A stretch of DNA of 64,000 nt from Antedon mediterranea. Taxonomy: Eukaryota > Animalia > Echinodermata. The DNA lies in assembly GCF_964355755.1 (NCBI RefSeq), contig NC_092676.1, positions 11,695,888-11,759,887 of the forward strand, written 5' to 3'. How positions within the stretch are numbered: position 1 is the first letter of the stretch; each line of letters opens with the position of its first letter. The notes beneath the pieces were generated by a model. The model did not search any database, was not told the origin of the DNA, and saw only the letters and a program-made list of their open reading frames with translations. Positions 29,801 through 39,641 of the stretch are shown here, in pieces. Made by a program: the position numbers and the translations under genes.

Positions 29801-32274
29801 TCTTGTCCACTGGGCCTACCACCTCCTTGTCCTCCGGGCTGACTAAGTCCTTGACCTTCAGGTCTACCACCTGCTTGACCTTCAGGTCTACCACTTCCTT
29901 GACCCCCAGGTATACCACCTCCTTGACCTCCAGGTCTTCCACCTCCAGGCCTACCACCTCCATGACCTCCGGGCCTACCACCTCCTTGACTTCCAGGTCT
30001 TCCACCTCCTTGACCTTCAAGTCTTCCACTTCCTTGACCTCCAGGTCTTTCACCTCCTAGACCTCCAGGCCTTCCACCTCCTTGACCTCCAGGCCTTCCA
30101 CCTCCTTGACCTCCAGGCCTTCCACCTCCTTGACCTCCAGGTCTACCACCTGCTTGTCCACCGGGCTTAACACCTCCTTGTGCTCCGGGCAGATCACCTC
30201 CTTGACCTCCTGGTCTACCACCTCCTTGACCTCCCGGTCTTCCACCTCCAGGCCTACCACCTCCTTGACCTCCGGGCCTACCACCTCCTTGACTTCCAGG
30301 TCTTCCACCTCCTTGACCTTCAGGTCTTCCACTTCCTTGACCTCCAGGTCTTTCACCTCTTTTACCTCCAGGCCTTCCACCTCCTTGACCTCCAGGCCTT
30401 CCACCTCCTTGACCTCCGGGCCTTCCACCTCCTTGATCTCCAGGTCTACCACCTGCTTGTCCACCGGGCCTAACACCTCCTTGTGCTCCGGGCCGACCAC
30501 CTCCTTGACCTCCTGGTCTATCACCTGCTTGACCTTCAGGTTTACCACCTTCTGGGCCTCCAGGTCTACTACCTTTTTGGCCTCCAGGCCTTCCACCTCC
30601 TTGACCCCCAGGTTTTCCACCTACTTCTCCTCCGGGTCTACCACCTTCCTGACCACCAGGTCTTCCACCTCCAGGCATCCCACCTCCTTGTCCTCCGGGC
30701 CTACCACCTCCTTGAACTCCAGGTCTTCCACCTCCTTGAACTCCAGGTCTTCCACCTCCTTGACCTCCAGGTCTTCCACCTTCTTGTCCACTGGGCCTAC
30801 CACCTCCTTGTGCCCCGGGCCGACCACCTCCTTGACCTCCAGGTCTTCCAACTCCGTGACCTCCAGGTCTTCCACTTCCACCTCCTTGACCTCCAGGTCT
30901 TCCACTTCCTTGTACACTGGGCCTACCACCTCCTTGTCCTCCGGGCTGACTAAGTCCTTGACCTTCAGGTCTACCACCTGCTTGACCTTCAAGTCTACCA
31001 CCTCCTTGACCCCCAGGTCTTCCACCTCCTTGACCTCCAGGTCTTCCACCTCCAGGCCTACCACCTCCTTGACCTCCGGGCCTACCACCTCCTTGACTTC
31101 CAGGTCTTCCACCTCCTTGACCTTCAGGTCTTTCACTTCCTTGACCTCCAGGTCTTTCACCTCCTAGACCTCCAGGCCTTCCACCTCCTTGACCTCCAGG
31201 CCTTCCACCTCCTTGACCTACAGGTCTACCACCTGCTTGTCCACCAGGCCTAACACCTCCTTGTGCTCCGGGCCGATCACCTCCTTGACCTCCTGGTCTA
31301 CCACCTGCTTGACCTTCAGGTTTACCACCTTCTGGGCCTCCAGGTCTACTACCTCCTTGACCTCCAGGCCTTCCACCTCCTTGATCCCCAGGTTTTCCAC
31401 CTACTTGTCCTCCGGGGCTACCACCTCCCTGACCTCCAGGTCTTCCACCTCCAGGCCTCCCACCTCCTTGTCCTCCGGGCCTACCACCTCCTTGAACTCC
31501 AGGTCTTCCACCTCCAGGTCTTCCACCTCTTTGACCTCCAGGTCTTCCACCTCCAGGCCTACCACCTTCTTGTTCTCCGGGCCTACCACCTCCTTGACCT
31601 CCAGGTCTTCCACTTCCTTGTACACTGGGCCTACCACCTCCTTGTCCTCCGTGCTGACCAAGTCCTTGACCTCCAGGTATACCACCAGCTGTTATATCTT
31701 CCCCTGTTTAAAAAATATTTTAAAAGTACAGAACAAACATTTTTTTCGAAGTACTTTCGTAGTCCTTTTCTCTATACATACTTCAGTAAATCTATTTACA
31801 GAAAGATGTTCCTACCTGTATATACTTCAACTTCACAAAGAGTGAGAGGTTCTTTTCCAGGAAGATATACACTGACATACCGTCCTGTGATTGGTTGGTC
31901 ACATACCATTTCGATAGGATTTGAACCAATCTTAGATGATGTTAGAGAAGCCCCACATTGTGCATTTCCAGTAAAAGGTGAAACTTTGTTGTTCCCTGCA
32001 CGAATTTCAGCACCTACTAGCCTGTTATCTAGGTATATTAGGAAAAGTTGTTCTGGAGATTAGATAGTAACCTGATTTCTTTTTGAAAATTACAAAAAAT
32101 TATACACTTTATTATAGTAAAGCTTTACACACATAAGTTATAATATTATTTAGTACTAAATATGTTTTAATTGGTTCTTACCACAACAGTCTTTTCTGTT
32201 GTATATCACAATCTTGTAAATAGTTATGGGTGATCCTAAATCAACATACCACCAAGGATTTTCAGATCCAGTTT
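2079..32274 (-). CDS. Atypical adhesion GPCR: F-type lectin + Gly/Arg/Pro/Gln repeat stalk + YWTD propeller + GAIN/GPS + 7TM (5' partial, 21 exons)
   Basis: Manually spliced exons in 5'->3' order: 32274-32182, 32028-31816, 31703-26178, 26012-25782, 25508-25349, 25201-25080, 23900-23649, 21645-21586, 21339-21211, 21089-20994, 20725-20653, 20358-20235, 20050-19992, 19907-19799, 11312-11215, 11134-11023, 8160-7937, 7642-7576, 6889-6756, 4417-4255, 2873-2079. All are AG/GT bounded with matching phases; no in-frame stop was found (total 8840 nt). Motifs: PWWYVDLG..NRKDCCDNRL, VYWAN/VYFSD, LHYSILTVFLWM, GWTTP, QYFFGVLNG. Confidence 0.85.
3015..4140 (-). mobile_element. Degenerate L2/Crack-like LINE RT fragment
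   Basis: DLRPILLTPIFAKLFESF..QFGCRKGSST..DFKKAFD; (AAAT)n-like tail near 3020. Confidence 0.75.
4255..4417 (-). CDS. Exon: TM6-TM7
   Basis: LVSLVGFNWIIGCIAIKNENVQYFFGVLNGMLGGLI. Confidence 0.85.
4640..4860 (+). repeat. Unclassified interspersed repeat; homologue at 14550-14870 (minus) ends in a (CA)n tail
   Basis: Shared gctcacg.ttgaacgattttggattctcgcc..tgattggttgacgcgaa. Confidence 0.6.
4890..6550 (+). mobile_element. RTE-clade LINE fragment (APE endonuclease + start of RT), disrupted
   Basis: GGVGLVM, IGDFNARIG, QLDHILIN, SDHRIV, KAAGLD, NYRGISL, DFKKAFDS; several stops. Confidence 0.85.
6756..6889 (-). CDS. Exon: TM5 end / Ser-rich ICL3
   Basis: AAVIGLLVLLSKTRKDADKSSEDESSVPSSRSSSDLDHIQQKPP. 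Confidence 0.75.
7576..7642 (-). CDS. Exon: ECL2/TM5 (67 bp)
   Basis: NWPNPDNGAIWGLVVPLAVLAL; a 67-nt phase 2-0 exon at this position is typical of adhesion GPCRs. Confidence 0.85.
7937..8160 (-). CDS. Exon: TM3-TM4
   Basis: LHYSILTVFLWMF...YQAVGWTTPAAIVAI, a class B2 signature. Confidence 0.88.
8959..9100 (+). mobile_element. 5' part of a family-A-related non-autonomous Helitron
   Basis: TCTATATATAAATTAT..TTCTGACA..gatacctaccttatctat..cgcgaaacgtagatt, shared with the 33411 copy. Confidence 0.6.
9425..9890 (-). mobile_element. CR1-like LINE endonuclease/linker fragment
   Basis: IDLIFT, SDHHMVTF, KPWIS motifs. Confidence 0.7.
10135..10957 (+). mobile_element. Helentron-associated non-autonomous element (HINE/DINE-1-like); 3' fragment also at ~8710-8826
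   Basis: 5' TTTTTAGTCGCGT..AGCGACT, (GTCT/GTCG)n microsatellite, 3' ACGCGACT + GGC..GGCCTTGTTT, T-rich flanks. Confidence 0.75.
11023..11134 (-). CDS. Exon: ICL1/TM2
   Basis: SNLKKMPESTIIRCILLAIQASNIAMLAETGFDKVHDK; donor GTAAGT. Confidence 0.78.
11215..11312 (-). CDS. Exon: TM1
   Basis: AGLTRSLKAIGLTSSAVSFAFASASIAATMKL; phase 0-2. Confidence 0.75.
11365..12157. repeat. Near-perfect 396-bp tandem duplication (2 copies)
   Basis: tttatattttttgtcacaaaaccatc starts at both 11365 and 11761. Confidence 0.9.
12830..16100 (-). mobile_element. Degenerate CR1-like LINE (EN + RT), interrupted at ~14550-14870
   Basis: RKDR..GG.VL, VGDLN, SGVSQGSVFGPLFF, FADDT, IEYVQRRATR. Confidence 0.85.
18663..19694. 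mobile_element. piggyBac-type MITE
   Basis: TTAA-CACTTTGACTGCCA ... TGGCAGTCAAAGTG-TTAA; duplicated subterminal aacgaagatcttcgtgtttggcagtcaa at the right end. Confidence 0.9.
19799..19907 (-). CDS. Exon: GPS motif (non-canonical)
   Basis: YDFSTKGCETNNSNYTTDGVRCSFEYGNVFVLLSEKQ aligns to W.t.GC......t.C.C.HLT.FAVLM. Confidence 0.75.
19992..21645 (-). CDS. Six small exons encoding the linker and GAIN-like domain
   Basis: 21645-21586, 21339-21211, 21089-20994, 20725-20653, 20358-20235, 20050-19992. Phases chain correctly; includes VVSDFITVT..VMLQF (GAIN-B-like) and DPVCAY. Confidence 0.7.
21800..21880 (-). mobile_element. Gypsy gag zinc-knuckle remnant
   Basis: YPHEAKCPAKGKTCYLCGKVN. Confidence 0.45.
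23649..23900 (-). CDS. Exon: YWTD propeller, last blades
   Basis: CRLLWTNEIDDQVFSSSLSGINKKTI...PTDIVSADDHLFLIS; not in the ORF track because it has no start codon. Confidence 0.8.
25080..25201 (-). CDS. Exon: YWTD propeller
   Basis: GYVYFSDNGLKRIERFRKGNGEGRKTVIFGQNVNGIAIDET. Confidence 0.85.
25349..25508 (-). CDS. Exon: YWTD propeller
   Basis: INALVIDSQDRKVYFMSSVDNSISVSDLSGSNRKRLVGGLKDPQDM. Confidence 0.85.
25782..26012 (-). CDS. Exon: YWTD/LY propeller, blades 1-2
   Basis: GYIILATD...INAVAYDSKEQKVYWANTTQINSANIDGT. Confidence 0.85.
26178..31703 (-). CDS. Giant 5,526-nt exon encoding ~1,842 aa of GGRPGGQG-type repeats
   Basis: Acceptor taaacag at 31704, donor GTGATT at 26177. In frame with ORF 26125..30678 (first full codon at 31701, 1023 nt upstream of the ORF start). 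Phase 1-1, matching both neighbouring exons. Confidence 0.8.
26220..31690. repeat. Coding minisatellite with a ~24-bp unit (GGAGGTCAAGGAGGTGGAAGACCT on minus) and higher-order block duplications
   Basis: Roughly 230 degenerate octapeptide units; landmark variants recur at 549-bp (28029/28578) and 279-bp (26433/26712) spacing. Confidence 0.95.
31816..32028 (-). CDS. Exon: F-type lectin domain, C-terminal half
   Basis: DNRLVGAEIRAGN...QCG...CDQPITGRYVSVYLPGKEPLTLCEVEVY; phase 1-1. Confidence 0.88.
32182..32274 (-). CDS. Exon: F-type lectin domain, middle part
   Basis: TGSENPWWYVDLGSPITIYKIVIYNRKDCC; donor GTAAGA; acceptor ttttccaaag is less certain. Confidence 0.8.
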
Positions 32275-33410
32275 CTTTGGAAAAATTAAAGAAATAATAT
32301 TTGTTATTTTCTAGTTTAAAAAAATTACTTCTATTTGGATATTTATTATAAATTATTTAGATTTAAAAATGAAATATTTAATTGAAAACAGTAAATAATT
32401 AGGTGACTTTTTTGGAAAATCTTAATGGCTATCCGCTATTAATTAGTATTTACATATCTAACTTCTACATGCCTAAAAAAGTAGGAATTTGTGGCACACA
32501 GTTAATCACATGTCAACGTTTTAAATCAATTTTGAATCAGATTAGAGCATGGTTCAAGACACTTTAAGCCTTTTAACATTTTAAACTCGTTGCCGCCGCG
32601 TGCGCATTTTGTCGCTCGCAACAGTGAATTAGCGGAGAAAGTGGTTAATAAATTTCATTTGCATTATTTGATGTGTCAAAATGTGAAATAACGACATACA
32701 TGTACGTCAAACTATAACATCGTGAACTTTTAAATGCAAATGTACGAAGAATTAATTATGAAAGCCAGTGAGTTGTATATATGAATTCATGTACATTTTT
32801 TATCTATGGCCCCTAATTTTTTTTTTTATGATTTTTCGTTTCGCCATAGATTATCACAGAGCGCATCGCTTTTATCTCAGATTTTAATATAATATTTAAT
32901 GTATTTACTAACAAGACAAATCATAGCTTAAGACAAAAGACGAACAAAACTTGTCGAGTTTTGGAATTTAAAATAATAGAAATTTAACAAGGAATTTTAT
33001 CACAAAGAGAAGAAAAATTACAAACTGACAGAAACTGTTTCTTCCTATATCGTATTCTGTGAAGAACTTACTATTTCATGTAAACATATTAAGATATATT
33101 GTAATGATAAATTCTGGGTTGATTATGGTGATTGGCCTTTAATAGCAATTTATTTTGATAAATACCTCATAAACGTACATATATCTTCCAAAGTGGTGTT
33201 TTTATATCAATGAGGTTTTGTAATTTGAAAGTCAATTCTCAACAATAATAACAAAAACAACTGGGGTAACTTACATAGATATATTTTGTGGTGCCAGGAC
33301 AATACGAAAAATACAAAAAAATAACCACAAACAAAATAACAACAAACAAAACACAAAAAACACAATTTAAATATGGCTAATCTAATAATAACATAATGCA
33401 ACTAGCGTCA

Positions 33411-34719
33411 TCTATATATAAATTATGGTTAATTCTGACATAGGCGAGCACAATGCAAAAACTTCGGTACAAATCTCCGCCTTGGATACCTACCTTATCT
33501 ATCCGAGATGTACCGCGAAACGTAGATTTGATAACATTAGTGTGCATGCCGACGCTATTGTTCCATATTTATATCTTAGGAAGATATTATAAAGAGTTTT
33601 TTAACAACATTTATGATTTCAACATTAGATTTTCCTCTCAATTTCAATTCTTCCCGGTCAAAGTAATTTCCGGGTTTAAGATAAGTTCACCTTGCAACGA
33701 CCTGGTTTTAAATATTTTCTCTCTTTTAAACACAAGGGAGCAGTTAAAATAATAGATTTGACCCTAAAGGTGACTGGAAACAGGCACTTTCCATCAATCA
33801 ATACAGTGTCCCTTTGAAAGACGAAAAAAAAATCAGATAGTAGGAGTCATAGCCATTTCAGTTTTTTGTTTATTTTAAAACATACCACGCGTGTTTGAAG
33901 GTACAGTAGTTAAATTATACTGCAAATTAATAAAGATCAAATTAAATATACGTCATAAAGAATCAGAATATATTGTGGGGAATAGTATTATAAAATTACA
34001 TAGGGAGATTTGATGATAAGACATTTTTCGAGTGAAATCCCGATAGCTGAGTTTTATTGAGTAAGCTTGCAGGAATAACTGTAGGCTATCTTCCTGTGTC
34101 CCGTTAGGACCGAGATGTCTGCCCATGTTGCAAGCCGTAATGTCTTCTTTCTTGGGCCCACTCTGTTACGGCAGTTTCAAAAGATGATTAAATTAAATAA
34201 TGTATTAATAATTATTAGGATGGTATTCATTTGAAATCACTTTGAATAATAACCCCCCCTCCCCCAACCCAACTATCCAATAAACGTCCATCCACATATT
34301 TATAATAACACAATTATACTATTTGTAGTAGAATTCACCGCACTGTTATCTACAAAATTTACCAAGCATTTGTTATTCTTTTTTACCACTTTTCATATCT
34401 ACTGTATTAGAGGATTTCATTTGATTATAAATGTTACCATATTACTAAAACTAAAAAATTTAACATATATCCCTCGAATAAGTACCTCCCTCAAATGACC
34501 TCCGCCTCCCCAAAGGGCCCTACCAAACAATAAAAACTATACTTTAAAATGTTATTAATCATCTAAAACACTGTGAAACAAAGTAGTTTAGTTTTACGAA
34601 TGTCAAGCATTTTCAATAATGGTAACCGACAGAAAATGTATAAGGAGAACATTATCATTCCGAGAACCATCGTCTACACTTCCTAGAGGGGGAGCGAGCG
34701 AAGCGAGCTCACCCTCTAG
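33411..34719 (+). mobile_element. Non-autonomous Helitron, family A, copy 1
   Basis: A|TC start, 3' GAGCGAGCGAAGCGAGCTC hairpin, CTAG|T end, no TSD. Confidence 0.85.
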
Positions 34720-35332
34720 TAGGAATAATTTTGATAAATACGAGAATGAAAAAACTTTATTTTGCATTTAATTGTTTAGTTGATGGAAAACAATTATTTT
34801 TAATTTTGAAATAATTGTGTCCAGGTTTTTATACATTTTGATATCTAATTTAATATAAGAGATAAAGAAAGACTCCGAAAAAAAATCTGACCTTGTAAAC
34901 AGGTCAGTTGAGGTCAAAATTCAGGACAGGTCTCCACTTTACTCCAACTAGTAATGTTTTATCACAATTTACAAGATAGTTCATACACTATCTCCAAAAA
35001 TGTAATTGTTTACCTACAGTGTTACTTTAGCAACTGTTTCTATGTGTAACTAAGGAAAGCAATTTTAAAAATTAAAAATATGGCGGTTTTATGAATACAA
35101 ACAATTGATTAAATTTGCACTTCTACTTTTTTTCAAGTTTACTTCTACTGCATCCTAATAATCACAGATAAAGTGATGACACACTTGACCTTGTAAAAGG
35201 GTCATATGAGGTCAAATGAGGTCAACATTTTGCCATAGTAACTGTTTCTAGTGGGAACTAAGGAAAATATTTAAAAAAATAAGGGTTTTCATCAATACAA
35301 ATAATTTAGTGCTTAGTCACAAAAAAGTCTTT

Positions 35333-35557
35333 GCAAATCTAAATAAAGGTAAAAAATTGAACTTTAGTGCTATTAAACCTGTTTCTATACATAACTAAAA
35401 AAGTTCTTGGCAAATCTGAATAAAGGTAAAAAATTGAACTTTAGTGTTATTAAACCTGTTTCTATATATAACTAAAAAAATATTTTTTGGCAAATCTGAA
35501 TAAAGGTAAAAAATTGAACTTTACTGCTATTAAACCTGTTTCTATACATAACTAAGG
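35333..35557. repeat. Tandem repeat, ~78-bp unit x3
   Basis: gcaaatct.aataaaggtaaaaaattgaacttta.tg.tattaaacctgtttctata.ataactaa occurs three times. Confidence 0.85.
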
Positions 35558-36389
35558 ATAATTTAAAAAAATATAAAGTATGGGATTTTCATGGAAAAAA
35601 ATTATTGATTAAATTTTACATATTGCGGTCAAGTGAAATTTTACCTATAGTGTATTGTAGCAACTGTTTCTATGCGTAACTAAGTACAATTTTTTTTAAA
35701 TACGGGGTTTCAACAAAAAAATTGATTACATAATTTACACATTACTAATATAATAATAATAATTCACACATTTTTTCCCAAATTTACCTTTACTGAATCC
35801 CAATAATCACAAACTATGTCAAAATGTATTATTCTATGCGTAATTAATGATAAAATAAAAATAATCACAGAAGAAAGTCCTTCAGAATATCTCAATTGTA
35901 CCTATTATGTTACCATAGATCTCGTAGAAATAATATAGTGATATGGGAAGTACCCAAAGAAAGTGAAGGAGATGATTGTAAGCAGTTTATTAGCGATTTT
36001 ATTTAAAATGAATTAAGAAAAAAAAGATCGAGACAAATATTAAAATTGAACGGGCACATCGTAGCCCAATGGGTAAGCTCTCAAGGGTGAGCATTGATAG
36101 TGGCAGAAGGCCTAGGCAAGTTCATACAACAGGAAGAGAGTACTGCGCAGTGATCAACTTTGTAAAAATGGAAAATTTGCGACGGGTTTGTGGACAGTCC
36201 CTGTGCGCCTATTAATAGAGAGTTTACGAAACACGACGGGAGCTCAGACAACGAGTGATTGGCAGTGATAGCCACGCCCACTGGCGACACTGCGCCTGCG
36301 TAAGTAATTTCACCAGTTGTCGTCTGGTAAAAGACAACAGCAGAATTGCTGTTTTGCTGTTCACAGTGCACGAATAAAAAACACAAACA

Positions 36390-38242
36390 ATGACTTCTCA
36401 ATTAGCTGCCCAAAGTATGTATATTGGTTATGTTTATATTTAAAATGATCATCAATAAAATAATGGGATCCTAAATAATGTTTGCATCGATTTCTGATTT
36501 ATGACCTAATTTAATAATAGATAAAATTATCACTTAAAATAAAGTGCCATTTGCTGCCTAAAAGTAGGCTAGGCCTAGGCCTATGCCTAAGCCTAGAAAG
36601 AATAGGCCGCAGGTAGGCGCACCTAGGCTAGGCCTAGTAGCTATTACTATCTAGGCCTAGGCTACTAGGCCTAACTAAACTACGGCCTATTCTATGCCTA
36701 GTCCTCCTACATATACTAAGTCACTAACTAGGCCTAGCTAGGCTGGGAAGGCCCTCTATTTTTTAACCTCCTATTCATAATGCCATGCTCGTAGGTAGGC
36801 CTAGGCCCCTAGCTAGTGGGCTAGGCTAGGCCTAATTGTTTTTTTTTAATATAGGTAGGCCTAGCCTAGGCCTATATATTATTGTGGCAATACAAGTTGA
36901 ATATATATGTTTAGCCTGGCAAGCATTAGACTAGCCTCTAAGGGTAGGCTAGGCCACCTAGGTTCTAGGCCTAGTGGCCCTAGCTAGGCTAGGCCTAGGC
37001 CTAGTAGTAGTACTAGCTATATGCTAGTAGGCCCAAGCAAGACACACAAATTTAGCTTTTGGCACAACCCATCCTACTTCTACTCTACTTCTAGAGACTA
37101 GCTAGGTAATACCAGTCAATTTTCATCCAGACCTGTCTACATTGGTTATACCTATACTTGGTTTGAGGCCTAGCCTACTATAATATACTGAGCTATAACA
37201 ACATCAATGACAGAATACTTTTATTCTGTAGTGTTATTGATTGATATTACATACATTTTTTATCCTATTTTAGCAAAAAAAATATCTCCAACTAATAAGT
37301 GGTCTCCAGAAACGGATGACCAGTTAGTGAAGGAAATGATTACATTGGATCCTTTACAGTACAGAGAAAGAACGCAGCAGCAACGCGGAAAAGTATGGAA
37401 AGACATTGCAGGCAATCTTTCACCATCTTTCGACTTTAACTTAGATGGAAGAAATGTAAGGGATAGATGGAATCTATTAAAGGACAAGTTGAAGGCAAAA
37501 TTGAATAATGAGATAAGAGGGTCTGGTATCGCTCCACCAGCATCAGAAACAGAAGCTGCAATAGAAGATTTGCTAAGTCAGGAGAAAGATGCCTTAAACA
37601 TAATAATAATATAAGATCAGAGAGTAGTGATGCAGCCGCAGCACGAGCTGCAGGCGAAGAGGTTCGGAAGCGCTCATTAGAGACATTTCAGACTAAATCA
37701 AGGTAAATTGATCTTGAAGACATATTTAATCCATTTTTGACATGTTTTTACTAAAAGTAAAGCAATACAAAGACAAAAATGTAGACAGAGATGATGTAAC
37801 TTGACTTGTAAACTTGATCTCATACTACAATATGTATGGTAAGCAGTACGTAGACAAAACCATTTCTATCTGTCTATATAATGTACATGATATCATGTTG
37901 TCTATTTTTTCCAAAACTAAGTATACCATTAATTATGAGCAGTCATAGTTTATTGTACATGAAAAAGAATTGCACAATATTATTATTTGGACATATATTT
38001 TTATTTTTATATATTAACAGAGAGGTAAATGCCAAAAAAAGCAGAGGAATAGTACCATGGAATTTTTAAAAGTGAAAATGGAGAGTGATGCTGCTGCTAA
38101 GAAGAAAGCTGAAGAGACGCAATCAAGTATGTTGTTGATGATGAAACAACAAATGGAATTAACTCGTCAACAGATACAAAATCAAAATGTACAAATGAAT
38201 AAACAAATGGAGCTCATGCTCCGTATAATTGAAAAAAAGTAA
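36390..38242 (+). pseudogene. Harbinger accessory Myb/SANT(MADF)-like gene with a premature stop
   Basis: Exons 36390-36414, 37274-~37702, ~38021-38242; KWSPETDDQLVKE..WKDIAGNL..VRDRWNLL; Q/M-rich C-terminal coil. Confidence 0.7.
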
Positions 38243-38940
38243 TGCTCTACCTCTTAAACCTGTTTTTCTGTCAGTTTTTACAATGATTTAGTCTGAAATG
38301 AACCGCTTGTGCTCTATCACTCCATCCATCTTATATTAACTTAGCAAATCTTCTATGGTTGTTTCTGATGCTGGTGGACCAGACCCCCTTATCTCATTAT
38401 TGAATTTTGCCCTCAACTTTCCTTTAATATATTCCACCGATCCCTCACATTTGTTCCATCTAAGTTGATGTCAAAAGATGGTGAATTATTGCTTGCAATG
38501 TCTTTCCATACGTTTCCACGTTGCTGTGTTCTTTCTCTGTACTGGAAAGGATCCAGTATAATCATCTCCTTCACTAGCTGGTCATCCTTTTCTGGAGATT
38601 ACTTTGTACATTTAGTGCTTAGTAATATTTTTATTTACATTTCATCCAAAGACCATGAAGTATGGTCTTATGATATTTCTCATGACTCAATTAACCTTTT
38701 CTGTATCAGACCCTCATAGGTCATGAGGTTTAATAATAAAAGTGTATATATAAAGTAATTATAATTGTGCAATATCAACAACTTTTAAAGTTTTCTGTAG
38801 TAAACATTAATGTGCAATATAAAATGTAAACATTTGAGGTAATTTACAGTACTATAAATGCATTTTGTTATTGTTACAGTATGAAATATTCCTATACTTA
38901 ACTTAAATATATTTTAAACAAATTGCACATACTGTAAAAC

Positions 38941-39641
38941 AATACGACGCACTCTCTCCTATCACAATGTCGGAACCTATTTCCTACCCCAAAATAAAAT
39001 CAAGAATAGCCTCGTCCACCCAAAAGATAAAATCGAGAAGATGGATACATGTGGAGTAATCTACGAAGTCACCTGCCGCAACTGTCCACAAGTTTACATT
39101 GGGGAAACAGGGAGGGCATTACAAACACGAATTAATGATCACAAAAAAGATGTTACAACAAACACGGGGGGAGTAATGACTAGGGCCTCCAGAACATCCA
39201 CATCTTCGATCATACACAAATCTGCCATTACAGAACATGTCATAAAACACAATCATGTACCGAACTGGGAGACTACCATCTTAACCAAAGAGCCTAAACG
39301 CAAAGACAGACAGATTAGAGAATCATTACATATAAGGAGAAATAAAGAGAAGACCATGAACCGGGACACTGGAGCCCACGAACTCTCGCATTTGTACAAT
39401 GATTTGATAGACACATCACCTGGCCGAGCCCCGCACAACCTCCAACCTACAACCGGAGGCGTACAACGTCATCAACAGATGACGTCAAGAATGACCAAGC
39501 TGCATTAACACTCCGCAGTCAGTTGAGAAGGATCTCTGATAGAGATCGAAACGTTCGAGTAAGTACTCCGTTAACTTGTGCTTTTACAAAAACGAAATTT
39601 GTCATCTATACAAAATCGAAGCTAAATGAAATTCTTTCAAG
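38941..39641 (+). mobile_element. 5'-truncated Penelope (Poseidon-like) element with GIY-YIG endonuclease, inserted in the Harbinger
   Basis: LVHPKDK..GVIYEVTCRNCPQVYIGETGRAL..ESLHI..MNRDTG; hammerhead-like TTGAGAA-GATCTC/GAGATC-GAAACG at 39523-39555. Confidence 0.85.

Noticed and set aside
26220-31690. CRISPR-like array
   Set aside because: No unique spacers, eukaryotic context, and the repeat is codon-structured.
26245-31845. Long plus-strand Ser/Thr-rich ORFs (TSLTSRSS), plus LLDLQVFH and EVKEVEDL frames
   Set aside because: These are shadow frames of the 24-bp repeat. Only the Gly-rich minus frame runs uninterrupted over the whole array and is bounded by phase-compatible splice sites.
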